A stretch of DNA of 64,000 nucleotides, from assembly GCA_950097015.1 (NCBI GenBank), contig CATNEN010000011.1:434001-498000 (forward strand), given 5' to 3'. Position 1 is the stretch's first letter, and each line of letters opens with the position of its first letter. The notes under the pieces are model-generated. The model was not told where the DNA came from. It did no database searches and saw nothing but the letters and a program-made list of their open reading frames with translations. The position numbers were made by a program, and so were the translations under genes. Source of the DNA: Macrostomum hystrix (taxonomy: Eukaryota; Animalia; Platyhelminthes). Shown piece after piece: positions 11,085 through 23,728 of the stretch.

Positions 11085-12430
11085 ATTCAGAGGCAGTGAA
11101 GGACAACCCCATCAGGCCGTGAGATGTAGTGGAGGACAACCCCATCAGGCAGTGAGATGTGGTGGAGGACAACCCCATCAGGCCGTGAGATGTAGTGGAG
11201 GACAACCCCATCAGGCCGTGAGATGTAGTGGAGGACAACCCCATCAGGCAGTGAGATGTAGTGGAGGACAACCTCAACAAGCAGTGAGATGTGGTGGAGG
11301 ACAACCCCATCAGGCCGTGAGATGTAGTGGAGGACAACCCCATCAGGCCGTGAGATGTAGTGGAGGACAACCCCATCAGGCAGTGAGATGTAGTGGAGGA
11401 CAACCCCATCAGGCAGTGAGATGTAGTGGAGGACAACCCCATCAGGCAGTGAGATGTAGTGGAGGACAACCCACCCCATCAGGCAGTGAGATGTAGTGGA
11501 GGACAACCCCATCAGGCAGTGAGATGTAGTGGAGGACAACCCACCCCATCAGGCAGTGAGATGTGGTGGAGGACAACCCCATCAGGCCGTGAGATGTAGT
11601 GGAGGACAACCCCATCAGGCCGTGAGATGTAGTGGAGGACAACCCCATCAGGCAGTGAGATGTAGTGGAGGACAACCCCATCAGGCAGTGAGATGTAGTG
11701 GAGGACAACCCCATCAGGCAGTGAGATGTAGTGGAGGACAACCCCATCAGGCCGTGAGATGTAGTGGAGGACAACCTCAACAAGCAGTGAGATGTATGGT
11801 GGAGGACAACCTCAACAAGCAGTGAGATGTGGTGGAGGACAACCTCAACAAGCAGTGAGATGTGGTGGAGGACAACCTCAACAAGCAGTGAGATGTGGTG
11901 CAGGACAACCCCATCAGGCAGTGAGATGTGGTGGAGGACAACCCCATCAGGCAGTGAGATGTGGTGGAGGACAACCTCAACAAGCAGTGAGATGTAGTGG
12001 AGGACAACCTCAACAAGCAGTGAGATGTAGTGGAGGAAAACCTCAACAAGCAGTGAGATGTGGTGGAGGACAACCCACCCCATCAGGCAGTGAGATGTGG
12101 TGGAGGACAACCCCATCAGGCAGTGAGAGGTGGTGGAGGACAACCCCATCAGGCAGTGAGAGGTGGTGGAGGACAACCCCATCAGGCAGTGAGATGTAGC
12201 CGAGGACAACCTCAGCAAGCAGTGAGATGTGGTGGAGGACAACCCCATCAGGCAGTGAGATGTGGTGGAGGACAACCCACCCCATCAGGCAGTGAGATGT
12301 GGTGGAGGACAACCCACCCCATCATGCAGTGAGATGTAGTGGAGGACAACCCACCCCATCAGGCAGTGAGATGTAGTGGAGGACAACCTCAACAAGCAGT
12401 GAGATGTAGTGGAGAACAACCCCATCAGTC
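11085..12430. repeat. Minisatellite, 33-bp unit GAGGACAACCCCATCAGGCAGTGAGATGTAGTG with 37-bp variants, about 40 copies
   Basis: Tandem copies read directly. The 11-aa periodicity of the ORFs reflects the 33-bp unit. Confidence 0.97.
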
Positions 12431-13276
12431 AAGGGCTGATAATTTGAGCGGATAAAATCTTAGTTAAAGGCAGTCAATAATTTATCTCATGTATGTAAGT
12501 GATTTCTTTCCTATATACGATCTTATTTAAGGAAGTTTAGGGTGAATAAACAAGTTTATCTTGGCAAGAAAAACAGTGACGTTTCTTTTTCGGATAGAAA
12601 TCTATTCTTAATCAGAAGTCAAGATCGCGGAATACATTTAGAAGGTTCAACACGCGCCGGTTTTTGTATTTTTTTAGTTGAAAGATGCCCTAGCCTTCTG
12701 GAGTCACATTTCAGCTGAGCAGGCAGTTGTCAAACCCATCGCTATCTCCTGCCACCAACGGATTCTTGTTTCACTTTTTCTGCCTAGTAGATTTTTACTC
12801 TCTGCAAGAAGAAATTCTTAACGTGGTGGACGTCTACGCTGGGATAATTATCCGACCTGTCTTGCGCACTCAACTAAACAGGTAGCTAAGGGAAATTTCC
12901 TTAAGGTTGTTAGGGAAAATTTTATTTAGCATTATAAATCTGCTGTTGGTTTCTGACTACTTCAAATAGTAGACCGAGATTTTTCTCATCATGAAACACA
13001 AAAACGATTTTTACTTAACACTATAAGATATATATATATATATATATGTATATATTAAAGTGATTTCAATTTCACCGCCAGTATCAACTAAACAACCAAT
13101 CAATATGAACTAAAGCAAAAAACCAATCAATCAATCAGTCAATCAATGAATAATGCAACGAACCAATTAAGGAATCCAGCAATCAATAAATCAATTTTGA
13201 GCTATTAGAAAATATAACTTATCAACTAATCGATGAACAAAAAAGACATCAATTAAAAAACTTTAAATTCACCAGA

Positions 13277-14182
13277 ATGCTCACGCCGTCGCCCATGGAT
13301 GCAGCGTCGGCCATTTCAACAGTCACTCCGTCGGACATAGGCCACCGGTCGCCATTGTCGCAGGTCGATCTCAACCAGCTGATGTCGGCCCATAGGGAGG
13401 CGATGCTCGACCGACCGTTGGCCATCGTCATCACGGCCTGCTTATCGGCCGTGGCAGTCGCGGGCACCCTGGGCAACATTCTGGTCATCGGATTCTTCAT
13501 TCGGACTCTGAAAGACTGGCCGTCCAATGTCTACGTAGTGGCCCTGGCGGTCATCGACCTGATCATCTGCGGCGCGGTGATTCCCGCCACCATCTACCAG
13601 GACATCTGGCAGGGCGCCAGCACCGACACTGCCTGCAAGGCTCTGCACCTGCTTCGCAGCTGCCTGATCCCGGCGTCCGCCTGCCTGCTGTGCCTCATCG
13701 CCGTGGACCGATTTCTCCTCATCTGCTTCGTGCCGGCCGTCCAAATTCGTCCGCGCGGCGTAGCTTTCTGGATCGCCTTCTCCGTCAGCCTGGGCGCCCT
13801 GGCCGGCGCCCCGATCGGCCTGTCGACTGGCACGCAGAAGCCAGTGCAGATGATCCTTGACTTCGGCCTGCCAGTTATGCTGCATCACGAGGGCCGGCGC
13901 TGCCACGACGACAGCAGAGTCATTAGCGTGCGGCTGCAGCGCATCTTCAAGCTGGTGATCAGCTGCCTCTTCGGCCTGACACTTGTCACCGTCGTGGCTC
14001 TCTACGCCAGAATTTTCACTTTCGTGCGCAACCGTCAGTTAAAGTGGGTCCGCGCCAGGGCACTCTTGGCTGGAGGCACCGCTGCCACTGGCGACAACAA
14101 GCGGCTGCTACGCAAGCAGCTGCAGCGGCAGAGGAAGGAGCAGCAACTGTCTGAACATCGCAGGCTGAAGCAGCAGAAGCAG
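13277..14182 (+). CDS. Rhodopsin-class (class A) orphan/peptide-type GPCR, exon 1 (TM1-TM5); spliced product about 740 aa
   Basis: GN in TM1 (GTLGNILV), LAVID in TM2, DRF after TM3 and a hydrophobic TM5. Donor GTGCGT at 14183, phase 0. Confidence 0.9.
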
Positions 14183-14423
14183 GTGCGTGGTGAACCAAGA
14201 TAAAGTTTCATAGGGTGAAGCATTCTGGAACAACTCGTAAAAATCCGAGGAGTGGAACATTGTTTAAGCCAAGCTTCAGAAACATCAAGGTGTGGATTGC
14301 AAGCATTCTGGATTTAAAACTTTAAGTAGGGAAATTTTTGGGAAGTAAAGCTTTGGGAAAGAAAATTTATTCGCATGTTATAAAAATACGGTACATAACA
14401 GTAGTTAAAATACTGTTTGCCAG

Positions 14424-14819
14424 GAGCAGTTGCTTCAGCTGCGTCGACAGGAGAGCGCTGAGGCAGCTGCTACATCGGCCACCTCTGAATCTTCGAAGCG
14501 TCATCGACGACTGCATCGTCGACACAATCGTTCTGGTCGTGGCGACGTCGAGATGACGGAGGTCACTTCGTTCAGCACCTCACACGGACCAAAGCGAAAC
14601 TCGGACGCCGTTTCAACTTCATTTGGTGTTGCGGCTGTGGCTTCAGCCTCCGATCTTCCACAGCTGAGCTCAATTGCAGATGCAGCTGCAGCGGCGGCGG
14701 CTACTGCTGCTGTTGGTACTGCTGTTGCTGCTAGTGTCACTAAGACTTCACCAATTCCTATGACGTCTAACGTGCCTATTGTAAAAACCGATAGTGACAG
14801 TGCGGACAGGGTAGAGCCT
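14424..14819 (+). CDS. GPCR exon 2 (Ala/Ser/Thr-rich third intracellular loop)
   Basis: Acceptor TTTGCCAG at 14423 and donor GTGAGT at 14820. Open frame, phase 0 on both sides. Confidence 0.75.
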
Positions 14820-14952
14820 GTGAGTTTTGCTTGAGACATATTTTGCACTCTTTTGATTTTTTGTGGAACACAGCTAAAACTTGAAAAGTTTGCGGCATAA
14901 CTTTGGAATGGGCACAGTTCTACTTAAAAATGAATGTTTAAACCTCGCTCAG

Positions 14953-15873
14953 ATTGGCTGCAGATCGACTGAAAACTGCAGCAGAACCGAAATCGGTGGC
15001 AGCGACACGGCCATCCGCCGTGACTGTTCCCTGACCGTGCCCTCAGTTATCCAGCCCAACGTGAACTTGATGGCCGAGGACTCGGACGCTTGCCTGTTGG
15101 CAGCCGCAGCCAGAGGTCCACGCAAGTCAAACAGTTGGAGCTTCTTGACCAGCCAGCAGCAGCAATCAGTGTCCTTAAAGTCGGCTGAGACCCGCAGCCT
15201 AGTCGCCAACGCCTCGCCATCGATGCTGGGTCTCGGAACCGACTGCCTGGCAACCAAGGAGGTCTCAGCTACTGCCGACAAAAGCGTCATCAGTGGTCGC
15301 CGCCGCACTAGTGCCGTTCGTTGCGCTCGTCAGCAGCTTGAGGAGCGCCGTCGCAAGAAGCCGCACATCAAGACCGCCAAAATGCTGGCCGTTATCACCG
15401 TCTTCTACCTGATCTCCTACCTGCCATTTCTAGTTTTGTTCAATTATCCGGGAATGGGTTTGCCGAGCCGAAATGTGTCCCTGCACATGCGTCTTACGAT
15501 GTTTCATGGCGACGCCAATCAGAGTATGACGCTACAGTTGCTAGGAAACGAAACATTAGTTGGAAATTTCAGTGTCGACGATGCTGGCGAATGGACCTTA
15601 AGTGACCTGGCTCACCTGCAGCTTTCGAAGGGGCTTGGTGGCGCTCGATTCGTTGAAACTGGAGGTCTGAGCGAAGGGGACAGAGAAGTCGGCATTGGCG
15701 ACGGCAGCGGCGGCGGCGGCCATGATTCGAGCGTCGCCAGGACTTTGGTCAAGGTGTTCTTCTATTTCTACTTTATTAACCACGGTGTGAATCCGATAAT
15801 CTACGGCTGCATGAACACTTGCTTTCGGCGGCACATTAGCGGTCTCTATGGAAACATGAAGCATCCTTGCTGA
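14953..15873 (+). CDS. GPCR exon 3 (end of ICL3, TM6, long ECL3, TM7)
   Basis: Acceptor CTCGCTCAG at 14952. KTAKMLAVITVFYLISYLP (TM6) and NHGVNPIIY (TM7 NPxxY). AATAAA at 15910. Confidence 0.88.
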   Translation: MGCRSTENCSRTEIGGSDTAIRRDCSLTVPSVIQPNVNLMAEDSDACLLAAAARGPRKSNSWSFLTSQQQQSVSLKSAETRSLVANASPSMLGLGTDCLATKEVSATADKSVISGRRRTSAVRCARQQLEERRRKKPHIKTAKMLAVITVFYLISYLPFLVLFNYPGMGLPSRNVSLHMRLTMFHGDANQSMTLQLLGNETLVGNFSVDDAGEWTLSDLAHLQLSKGLGGARFVETGGLSEGDREVGIGDGSGGGGHDSSVARTLVKVFFYFYFINHGVNPIIYGCMNTCFRRHISGLYGNMKHPC

Positions 15874-18453
15874 ACCGATGCAAGGCCACGAAAAGTTCGA
15901 ATTAGTTTGAATAAAAATCTCACTCGTTCAGCATTCTATATGCGTCCCGAAGGAGTTGGATTTTTACTTAGACTTGCGTAAGAGCTAGATTCTAAATGTT
16001 TCTGTAAAATTACAGATAATACTCGTATATACTCGTGTTGAAAAGAGTTATTACACTTTTTGTCCGGCGCGCGCCCGTCATGTACATAGCAATATATACT
16101 TAATGCTAATGTACTGTCAAATATTTTTGTCCCACGAAATATTTCTGTGTGGTTGTTTCAAATATGCCGTTAGTCGTCAGTTATGATAATTTCTATGCTT
16201 TATGCTATCAACAAAACAAAATGACGTAGTTTAAAGACAGGACGATAGCATAAAGCGGTTCACATTTAATTCCAATATGTTTATTTGTCTTAGTAGGACA
16301 AATTTAATCGTTATTTGTTACAAAAATCGCAATAGCATTTGCGTTAAAGTTATAAGTTTAAAAAATAGACCAAAAGTAATTAATCGTAAGTGTTTCCCGC
16401 TTCAAAAATGTATCTTGTACCCATGTACTAGCTAATAGTACCCATATTTTAGCTTCATTTTAGTTGCAATTGTACTTCAATTTATTTAGATCCAAATCTA
16501 CTCTAGCAGCTGAACGCATCTTCTTTGTCACTGTCACTGTGAAGAGTCTTGCCAATGTTTTGCTGTGTGTTTACCTGTTGCTATGTGGTATTTCTATTAC
16601 TATCAGTCACTAACTGATATCAACTTTTAGCTTTTTTAGTTTTTACCTTTCGGCATCTTATTTGTTTGCTCTCCAATATGTGTGGTCATTGTCATTAGGC
16701 TAGTGTTTGTCTGAAGACGCGATTTGAATTTGTCTAAAACTGCGTTAAATTTGTTGTGCAGAAAGCGATTTCATTAGTAACACAAGTACATCAAACGTTT
16801 TATAGTCGAAGTCCTTGTTTTTGTGATTGCTACGCACTTTTGGTGACGCATGCGTTAATGTCTTTTACGCCATCGCGCTCGCGCTGCAATAACATTAACA
16901 CTCAAAAGCATTGCAGAAACGTTTTACATCGAAACACGATTAAATTGCGTAAATGCTGCATGCATTAAACAAAATTTTAAATTAAATTAAATTTTAATTT
17001 TAAATAAAAATTGTTTATAGCCAATCATCAACCCTAAGGCTTATTGCACGCTTTTATCACATAGTCTATGGTCGAGACTTCAGAATTGTAGCATAATTTC
17101 AAGGCTGCTCAATAGTGGGCATTTATTTCTTAAATGTTTAATGCATGGATGAAGGAATACACTCAGTAAATACATAAAGTGCATTCCTTAATCCATGGTT
17201 TAATGCTTAATTGCTTTATGGCACTCGTGCACTGCGCACGGTCGACAGTAATAATATTCATAATATATATATGGTAATAGCCATTTAATAAGCATTCTGT
17301 GGTTAGAATGTCCGAGGCTGCATTTAATGTAGGAATATATACTGGCTATTGAGAGTATCAATGCTGTGACCGAGGACGCGCAGCGCGCAGCGCTGTCTAT
17401 GATCGAATTTCATGGTCGAATTCTATAGACAACTAATAGTTCTGTCTATGGATTTGAGGGTCGAAATGAGTGGAATTCGAGGTCTGCGAAGCATTTCGCA
17501 GAAGCACGGAATGCATTCCTGCCCGCGTCTAAATCATTCTTATTTGAACCAGAGTGTGGGAATGAAGGCAGTCGTGCAGGAATGAAATAATCTATGGCCA
17601 AATCTCCACTGTTTTACACATGGACATCGTGCAGGAATGACACTCTCCGTTCCTGCACGCAAACAATGGTAAGTTGTGTATGCGGCTTCGCCACTCGTGA
17701 CAATTTCTTATTGTCTATGAGGCAACCGCATACACAACAACATTGACAAACGCACCCGACAAGATTTCCTCCGTTGCACAAACCGTCATTGAGCAATGTT
17801 GCTCAATGACGGTATAAAAATAGCTCTACTTGTTCGTGAGGATTGGCTGGGCAGAGGAGAAGGACCATAGACAAAAAACATTGGCTAAAGCTGACGGAAG
17901 GATGGAAGGAAGGAAGGAAGGCAAGAGTAGAAGCCCCAAGCCTGAACAGTCTGAACCACCAGTGAGCGCCTTAAACTTGCAAATGATAAATTGGGCTAAT
18001 CTACCGGTTGACGCCTTAAACGGTGTTGACGCCTTACCGGTTGAGCCAGTTGTCTATGGGGAATTCTGGCTTCCACTCAATGGGCTGGCCCTGGCTGGCT
18101 GAAAGGTTTTGCAGATAGGCTGAATTCATTTGCAAAAAGCTATAATTAGGATTGAAAATATATAAACTTCAACAAATAAGACAGAAAGCAAAAATGTGGG
18201 GGGGGCTCAACAAAAATGTTGTGTTCGGCAACAAATTAAGGAGTCACACAACCTCACTCAAAAAAGAATTCCACTACGTTGCTGGAACCGTTGGCTACTA
18301 TCCTCATCTTCTTAGCCGGACCGGCAATTCGCAAATCGCAGGCGCCACTCGAAAATTGTTTGGCCGGTGCCTCAGTTGCGGTTGGATGTTTGTCGCTACA
18401 GCCTCCCAGTGCTGGTGGCGCACGACCGGCGAGATACTCGGTCAGCTGGCTGC

Positions 18454-19135
18454 TCAGATCTTGGCAAGAATGCTGTCTCTCTTTTTTCCCTGTCTGATGT
18501 ACCGCTCCACTGAGGCGCTCGCCTGTTTCAAATATTTAAGAAGAATGCAAGAGAGAGTATATAGAAAAAATCTCGAATATTTAAAGCATTTAATTGTGCA
18601 GCTTAAGATAGACAAGAAAATACAGAAATAGCACGTAGAAATTACCTTAAGTCCAGTCACCTTGGCGATATTCTCTGTCGAATATCCAGCTTCGTGGAGC
18701 TCAGTGACTACAGTGGGTCGAACACAGTGCGCTGTATAGCTTCTCGACAGCCCGGCACTGGAAGATATCCGCTTAAGCATTGGTCCAAGCTTAAGCGGAT
18801 TCCGATTGCCTGTTTCGTATACCACAGGCCATTCGAGCCAACCAGCTGCTTCGGTCGCAGAAAAAAGTCCGAACCGTTCCATCCAGGCACTGCTTCGATC
18901 TTCCGCAAATACTTGCGAAAGGCTTCAACGGGACACGATTTCTGATCGGACCCGGCCACCATGATTGCTTGCTTTGGGTCGTCGCTCTGCTTCAAATCCG
19001 TTGATCCATGGACAGTTTTACTGGTTCCAACTTGAAGCACGATAGCCACTCGTCCCTCAGCCAGACGCTTCTGAGAAAACGACTTTGCAGTCAGTTCTCT
19101 GAGCCATTCGCATTTTGACGCAGTTAAGCATTGAG
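18454..19135 (-). mobile_element. Decayed Crypton-type tyrosine recombinase (DUF3504-like) with a spliceosomal intron
   Basis: EWLRELT..SF, SKTVHG, CPVEAF.KYL, WY.KQAIG, YTAHCVRPT (HxxR), VTGLK|ASASVERY. GT-AG intron 18645-18523. Frameshift near 18793. Confidence 0.8.
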
Positions 19136-20104
19136 GCGGGCAAAGAGTGGAGCAAATATCAGAGTTAAAATTTGAAAGTTCTGAAGGTTAAATAGCCCTG
19201 TTTATCGTCACTTTTGTTATTGGTTATCGTTTGCGTATATCATTTTGCTTCTGAAATGTACTTCTAGTACAGTCGTAAATGGTTTTTAGGCTGTGTAATT
19301 AGCTATTTATTTTCGTTTTTCTTCCAAAAGAGGCTAAAATAAAAAATTACACTCTTAAAGCTAGTTTTTAAAACAAATTTTGAGATCGCACAGACTCCGA
19401 ACTTGTCGAGAACGTGCTGCCATTGTTAGAGAAAATTCTATGAAAACCCATCAGTAACGCAAGGCGACCGTGTTAAAAACAAAACTCTATCTTAGGTTCT
19501 TTATTACAAGATACGCTCGTATGTATCTAGCTCGCATTTTGCCCATTCTTTTCGTGAAATGGATCAACGAACTTCGAGTACAAAATCCTGGCTTAGCAGT
19601 TTCTGCTTATCGACCAGCCAAAAACTGAGAATTTTCATCTCTTGCCTTCCCCTTCCCCCGATTAACCAGTCCAACTGTTTCTGCCACCACAATCGTGATC
19701 CGTGCCTAGAGAGCTCCTGCTACAGTTGCCAGTCATCTGTTCCTGTAGGTGTTTGCTACACAGTTGGTAACGAGCGTGTCGTGAAATTGACATTGCCATG
19801 CAGCTCCCTACGCAAACAGAGCTCTGATTGTAAAAGCTTCTAAAAATCCATGCGGTCTGAAAATGGGATTTCTGTCCCAGCCCTCGGAAATTTATTTCCG
19901 TATGAAACTAAATTGCAATGCAGGAACAGCAGTTCCCGGAGCAGCAGAATTTTTCTCGCATCGACAGCAATTCCGGAGCCAGCATTGTTGACCATCGATC
20001 TCCCCAAATGCATTATCACCACGAAAGAGGGAAGAGTACATATGATCTACATCTTTTTAACGCATGATTTTCGACGAGGCAAGACGTCATGCAAAGTAAT
20101 AATA

Positions 20105-21010
20105 ATGACTAGCAACCTCGCCACTCTTCTGGTTCTTCTGTCAGCGATTTTCATTCGTCGTGTGAATCCAGATGGATGCTTCCTGGACCATCAACACCGA
20201 TTCCGGCTCTACGCATTCCTGCCGAACTGCTCGCGCTCAATGATTTTGAGAACAAGGCTTAACCTCAGCTGCGCCATCGTTGCCGCCATGTCGCCTCTCA
20301 AGTCTGCTGCGATACTGCATAAATCAGAGGCTATTTGTCATATGACTACAGCACTGTGTCCTCGCTACCATCTGTGCTTACTAGATTGTCCCTACACAGT
20401 ACTCATGCCTTCCAGCATGATCGCTCTCGAGCACCTGGTCATGAGCGTGAAGAGCGGTTGCGGTCACAAAGTGTGGGATGTGATCACTGGGAGACTTGTG
20501 AACTCAGACTTTGTCTTGCAGCCGTCCCACCCAGATGCCGCCACTCTTCCCGAAGCCTTTCGATCGAGCTTGCTCGATGACATGCAGCTTTTGATCTCGG
20601 GTCTCGTCTACAAGCAGCTCGTTGTGCAACTATACAATGGCTCCGAAGTTGTAGTCCGTCTCGTGTTCGACGTTGGCTTCTTGTCCGAGAATGTGACCAG
20701 TTTGAACTGGTTTAGCAAGGAGCGACTGGTGGAAAGCTGGCCGGTGACCAACTTGTCATCGATGAGCACTAACATTTTCAGCATCGAGGGTGACGTTCGT
20801 CCAGCTTTGAGCCGCCGATTTATGGTGAACTACTACTACGAGACCTGCTCTGTTGACAGAGGCCTGATAGCCGTGCTGGATCAGTCAGACCAATGTCCCA
20901 TGTGGACATATGATGGACCAGTGCCAAGGATTGTGTACAATCCATATCCAGGAATACTCTGGCAGAACAGCTCACTGCTAGCGGACTACATCGCCGTGTT
21001 CGTTCGATAG
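20105..21010 (+). CDS. Intronless uncharacterised secreted Cys-rich protein, 301 aa
   Basis: Hydrophobic leader MTSNLATLLVLLSAIFI. The C-terminal block LYNG.EVV..LVF...NWFSKERL..SW...NIFSI.GD...RRF.VN..Y..C..D.G resembles, from recall, an uncharacterised lophotrochozoan domain. Confidence 0.7.
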   Translation: MTSNLATLLVLLSAIFIRRVNPDGCFLDHQHRFRLYAFLPNCSRSMILRTRLNLSCAIVAAMSPLKSAAILHKSEAICHMTTALCPRYHLCLLDCPYTVLMPSSMIALEHLVMSVKSGCGHKVWDVITGRLVNSDFVLQPSHPDAATLPEAFRSSLLDDMQLLISGLVYKQLVVQLYNGSEVVVRLVFDVGFLSENVTSLNWFSKERLVESWPVTNLSSMSTNIFSIEGDVRPALSRRFMVNYYYETCSVDRGLIAVLDQSDQCPMWTYDGPVPRIVYNPYPGILWQNSSLLADYIAVFVR

Positions 21011-22118
21011 TCGCTTATTATCATCTCACAATGTGAAGCCGATATTCGTTGGAAGCAACATTCATCTTGAAAGCAAAACTTTTGCGCAAAAGCAAGGTTT
21101 CATGTTTATTTGTAGATCTACAGAGCAAAAAATGTTCTGTAGCTATAGTCGAACAGCACTATGCTTTTTAGCTATCCTGTACTGATATAGACCTTATAGA
21201 GCGTATGTTATACACTTTTAAATGATTGTAGCAAAATGTTTATGACTCAAAAGAATGCACCTACTTCATAGGCTAGTCTCAAAAAGTCTAGGGATTTGAG
21301 TATATACCTTTACAGAACAATCAACACAAATATTTTATTTTGAAATCTCTGTTACTAGCAATTACAAACAGACTAAAAATCCTCCAAAATTTGTTAAAAT
21401 AGATTTAACTAGCTTATTTTTAAAGACTGCAAGATATACCCAAAATAAACAGCCTCCGTCGACACAATTACTGAATAATTGTATTGAAATATAACTTTGC
21501 CTGTCTCGCTATTTTATTAAGGCCGACAAAAATTGGCCTTGATCAATTTTTTACGTCGATCCTTAAAAGGTCCTTACTAGTATAGTTAGCCTAGTTTAGT
21601 AGTCCCTGTGTCATTATACTGAAGTCTCCTAGGGATCTTACGAATGGTCTAAGAATGAGCACAAAGTCAACCAATCATTACAAATAATGTTTACAATAAA
21701 TATTTAAAAAAAGCACTGACAGCAGAGCATGACAACTTCAAAAGCATGATGAGCATGCAAGCCGAGCTGCAAAAAAAATCTAAGGCAGAAAGTAGTAAGG
21801 CTTTCAGCGAAAAGCAGAAAAGAATCGTGGTAACTCATTCTAAGAGAATAATTCTGCGCAACTAACGAAATGGTTACAGTCATCGTAAATTTAAGAGATA
21901 GCAGAACACCAACAGATCAATAGCCTCTCAGGTAAAAGCAAATGTGTTGTACAACTTAACAGAAAAAACGAGAAGTGGCGCAAAGGAGAATTACTTAACA
22001 ATGTTGTCCGATATGTTGGCCGATACAGTGAAAAATTATTTGCTTTATCCACGCATATACTAACAAAAAGGATCTATTTCCAGCCACCCAGAAAGACTTC
22101 CCTCGGCAATATTTGAGT

Positions 22119-22622
22119 TCACGTGCTCTGTCTGCCGCTGCTTGCACGGCTATCAGTGCCGGTGCTAGAGGCTCTGGCACCGCTGCTGAAGCGCCGCAGG
22201 TGTCCCTCTGCCCTATCTACAGTCAGGCTGACAAGCCGAACAGCAGTCAGGTGTAGCTGGGCAGCGTCAGTGGCAGCTGACAGGCTCTTGGACACCACAC
22301 AGTCTGCCAGGCCTGTCAGCATCTCCTCCGGATCGCTATGCTTAACTTCTACGTCAGAAATCACACTTGAAGTTGGTGGAGACCGCGGCTGCGGACTTGA
22401 CGGCGTCGGCGGTGGTGGAGGCCGGATCACTCGACGAATCTGATCAGCAGTCGGTCGAATGGGTTGCAGGCGCTGCCGCTGAAGTCGCTTCTGCTGCTGC
22501 TGCTGTTGCTGGAGGTCCTCAGTGGGGAATCGACGAAGTCGAGGCGCCCTGTGAGAGGCGCTGTACATCTGGCGCAGGGCTTGGTTGCCATGGTGCCAAG
22601 CGTCATAGACGCTGCAGCAAGC
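22119..22622 (-). CDS. Probable terminal exon of an unidentified gene (polyQ/polyP protein)
   Basis: Acceptor CCCGTTTCACCAG. GC-rich frame with QQQQQQQ and PPPPP like the other host exons. No family recognised and upstream exons not resolved. Confidence 0.45.
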   Translation of the reverse strand, partial: ACCSVYDAWHHGNQALRQMYSASHRAPRLRRFPTEDLQQQQQQQKRLQRQRLQPIRPTADQIRRVIRPPPPPTPSSPQPRSPPTSSVISDVEVKHSDPEEMLTGLADCVVSKSLSAATDAAQLHLTAVRLVSLTVDRAEGHLRRFSSGARASSTGTDSRASSGRQST

Positions 22623-23029
22623 TGGTGAAACGGGCAGACAGGCAAACATTTGAGCTCCACTAAATCAGTTTCTCCTATAAACACCTTCTTCTTGCATCAT
22701 GTTCCCGAAAAGTACATTTAATAAATGCTTTTAAAAGGTTTTTACCGGTTTATTCAACCACTGATTGTTAAATAAATTAATTCAAGAGACACGAAAAATT
22801 CCATTTCGATTGGCATTTGCAAACTACTCACTCGAGTAGTGCTCCGGCTCCGAGTCTACGATTAAGGATTCGTCAACCTCCAACTGGAATGTTTTAAAAA
22901 ATATGATTTGTTCCAACGCTTCGGTTCTAACATTAAAAAAAGCTGGTCCAGCAATTCCACTAGTCCACTGGGTTTTCTGGCAAGTTATTTAACTAATCTA
23001 CTGCGATCTTGGTCCAGATTCTTTGATTC

Positions 23030-23230
23030 CCTTCCAGATATTCTAATCCACTGGGTTCTTTGTCTAGATATTCTAATCCACTGGGTTCTTTGTCCAGATA
23101 TTCTAATCCACTGGGTTCTTAGTCTAGATATTCTAATCCACTGGGTTCTTAGTCCAGGTATCCTACTAATCTACTAGGTTCTTTGTCCAGATTACTAATC
23201 CACCGGGTTCTTTGTCCAGATATCCTACTA
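23030..23230. repeat. 30-bp tandem repeat (AGATATTCTAATCCACTGGGTTCTTTGTCC-like), about 6 copies
   Basis: Tandem copies read directly. Confidence 0.9.
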
Positions 23231-23728
23231 ACTCATATCGGCAATTTTCTAGTGGGATCTTCTTATTCGCCTTGTCTTTATGATAGAGATATGAGCTCAC
23301 CACTTTTGCGATATCGTCACATCGTAAACTGACGAGCTCTTCAAGCAAGACTGTCTTCTCGCGCTCTAGTTTAGTGAATGCGCTGGCCGCATTAGCTGCA
23401 GCTACAACCGAAGAGCTTAATTGTGACATGACCAGCAGCCAACTGGTATCTCAGTGTTCAAATGAATCTAGAAATTAACAAATCGGAGAAGCACCTTCTT
23501 AAGCAAAAATTCTTTGATAAAAAGATTCATTCTCTCACACTCTGCCTCTACGCTCAAAATCTGCATTGTACAGTCTGGAGAGAGTAACTGCACTGCAGCA
23601 ACGCTTGTCTCCATGTTAACTCTTGTGTTCTGTGTGGCTTTTTCTACCCCTCTGCACTGAGTATTGTGCTGTGGTCTTTCTGGACCAGCTTGTACACTCA
23701 ATATTGAACCCCCTTTTTGCAAAAAAAG

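Noticed and set aside
8376-12332. Long repetitive ORFs (GSEGRLWVRGQAVGPRA, GGQPHQAVRC, SSTTSHCLMGL)
   Set aside because: They are open in several frames on both strands simply because the 19- and 33-bp units lack stops. There is no unique coding flank.
19850-20104. N-terminal 85 aa of the 386-aa ORF in the supplied track
   Set aside because: The signal-peptide-like segment starts at the ATG at 20105, so the upstream part is likely 5' UTR or intron read-through.
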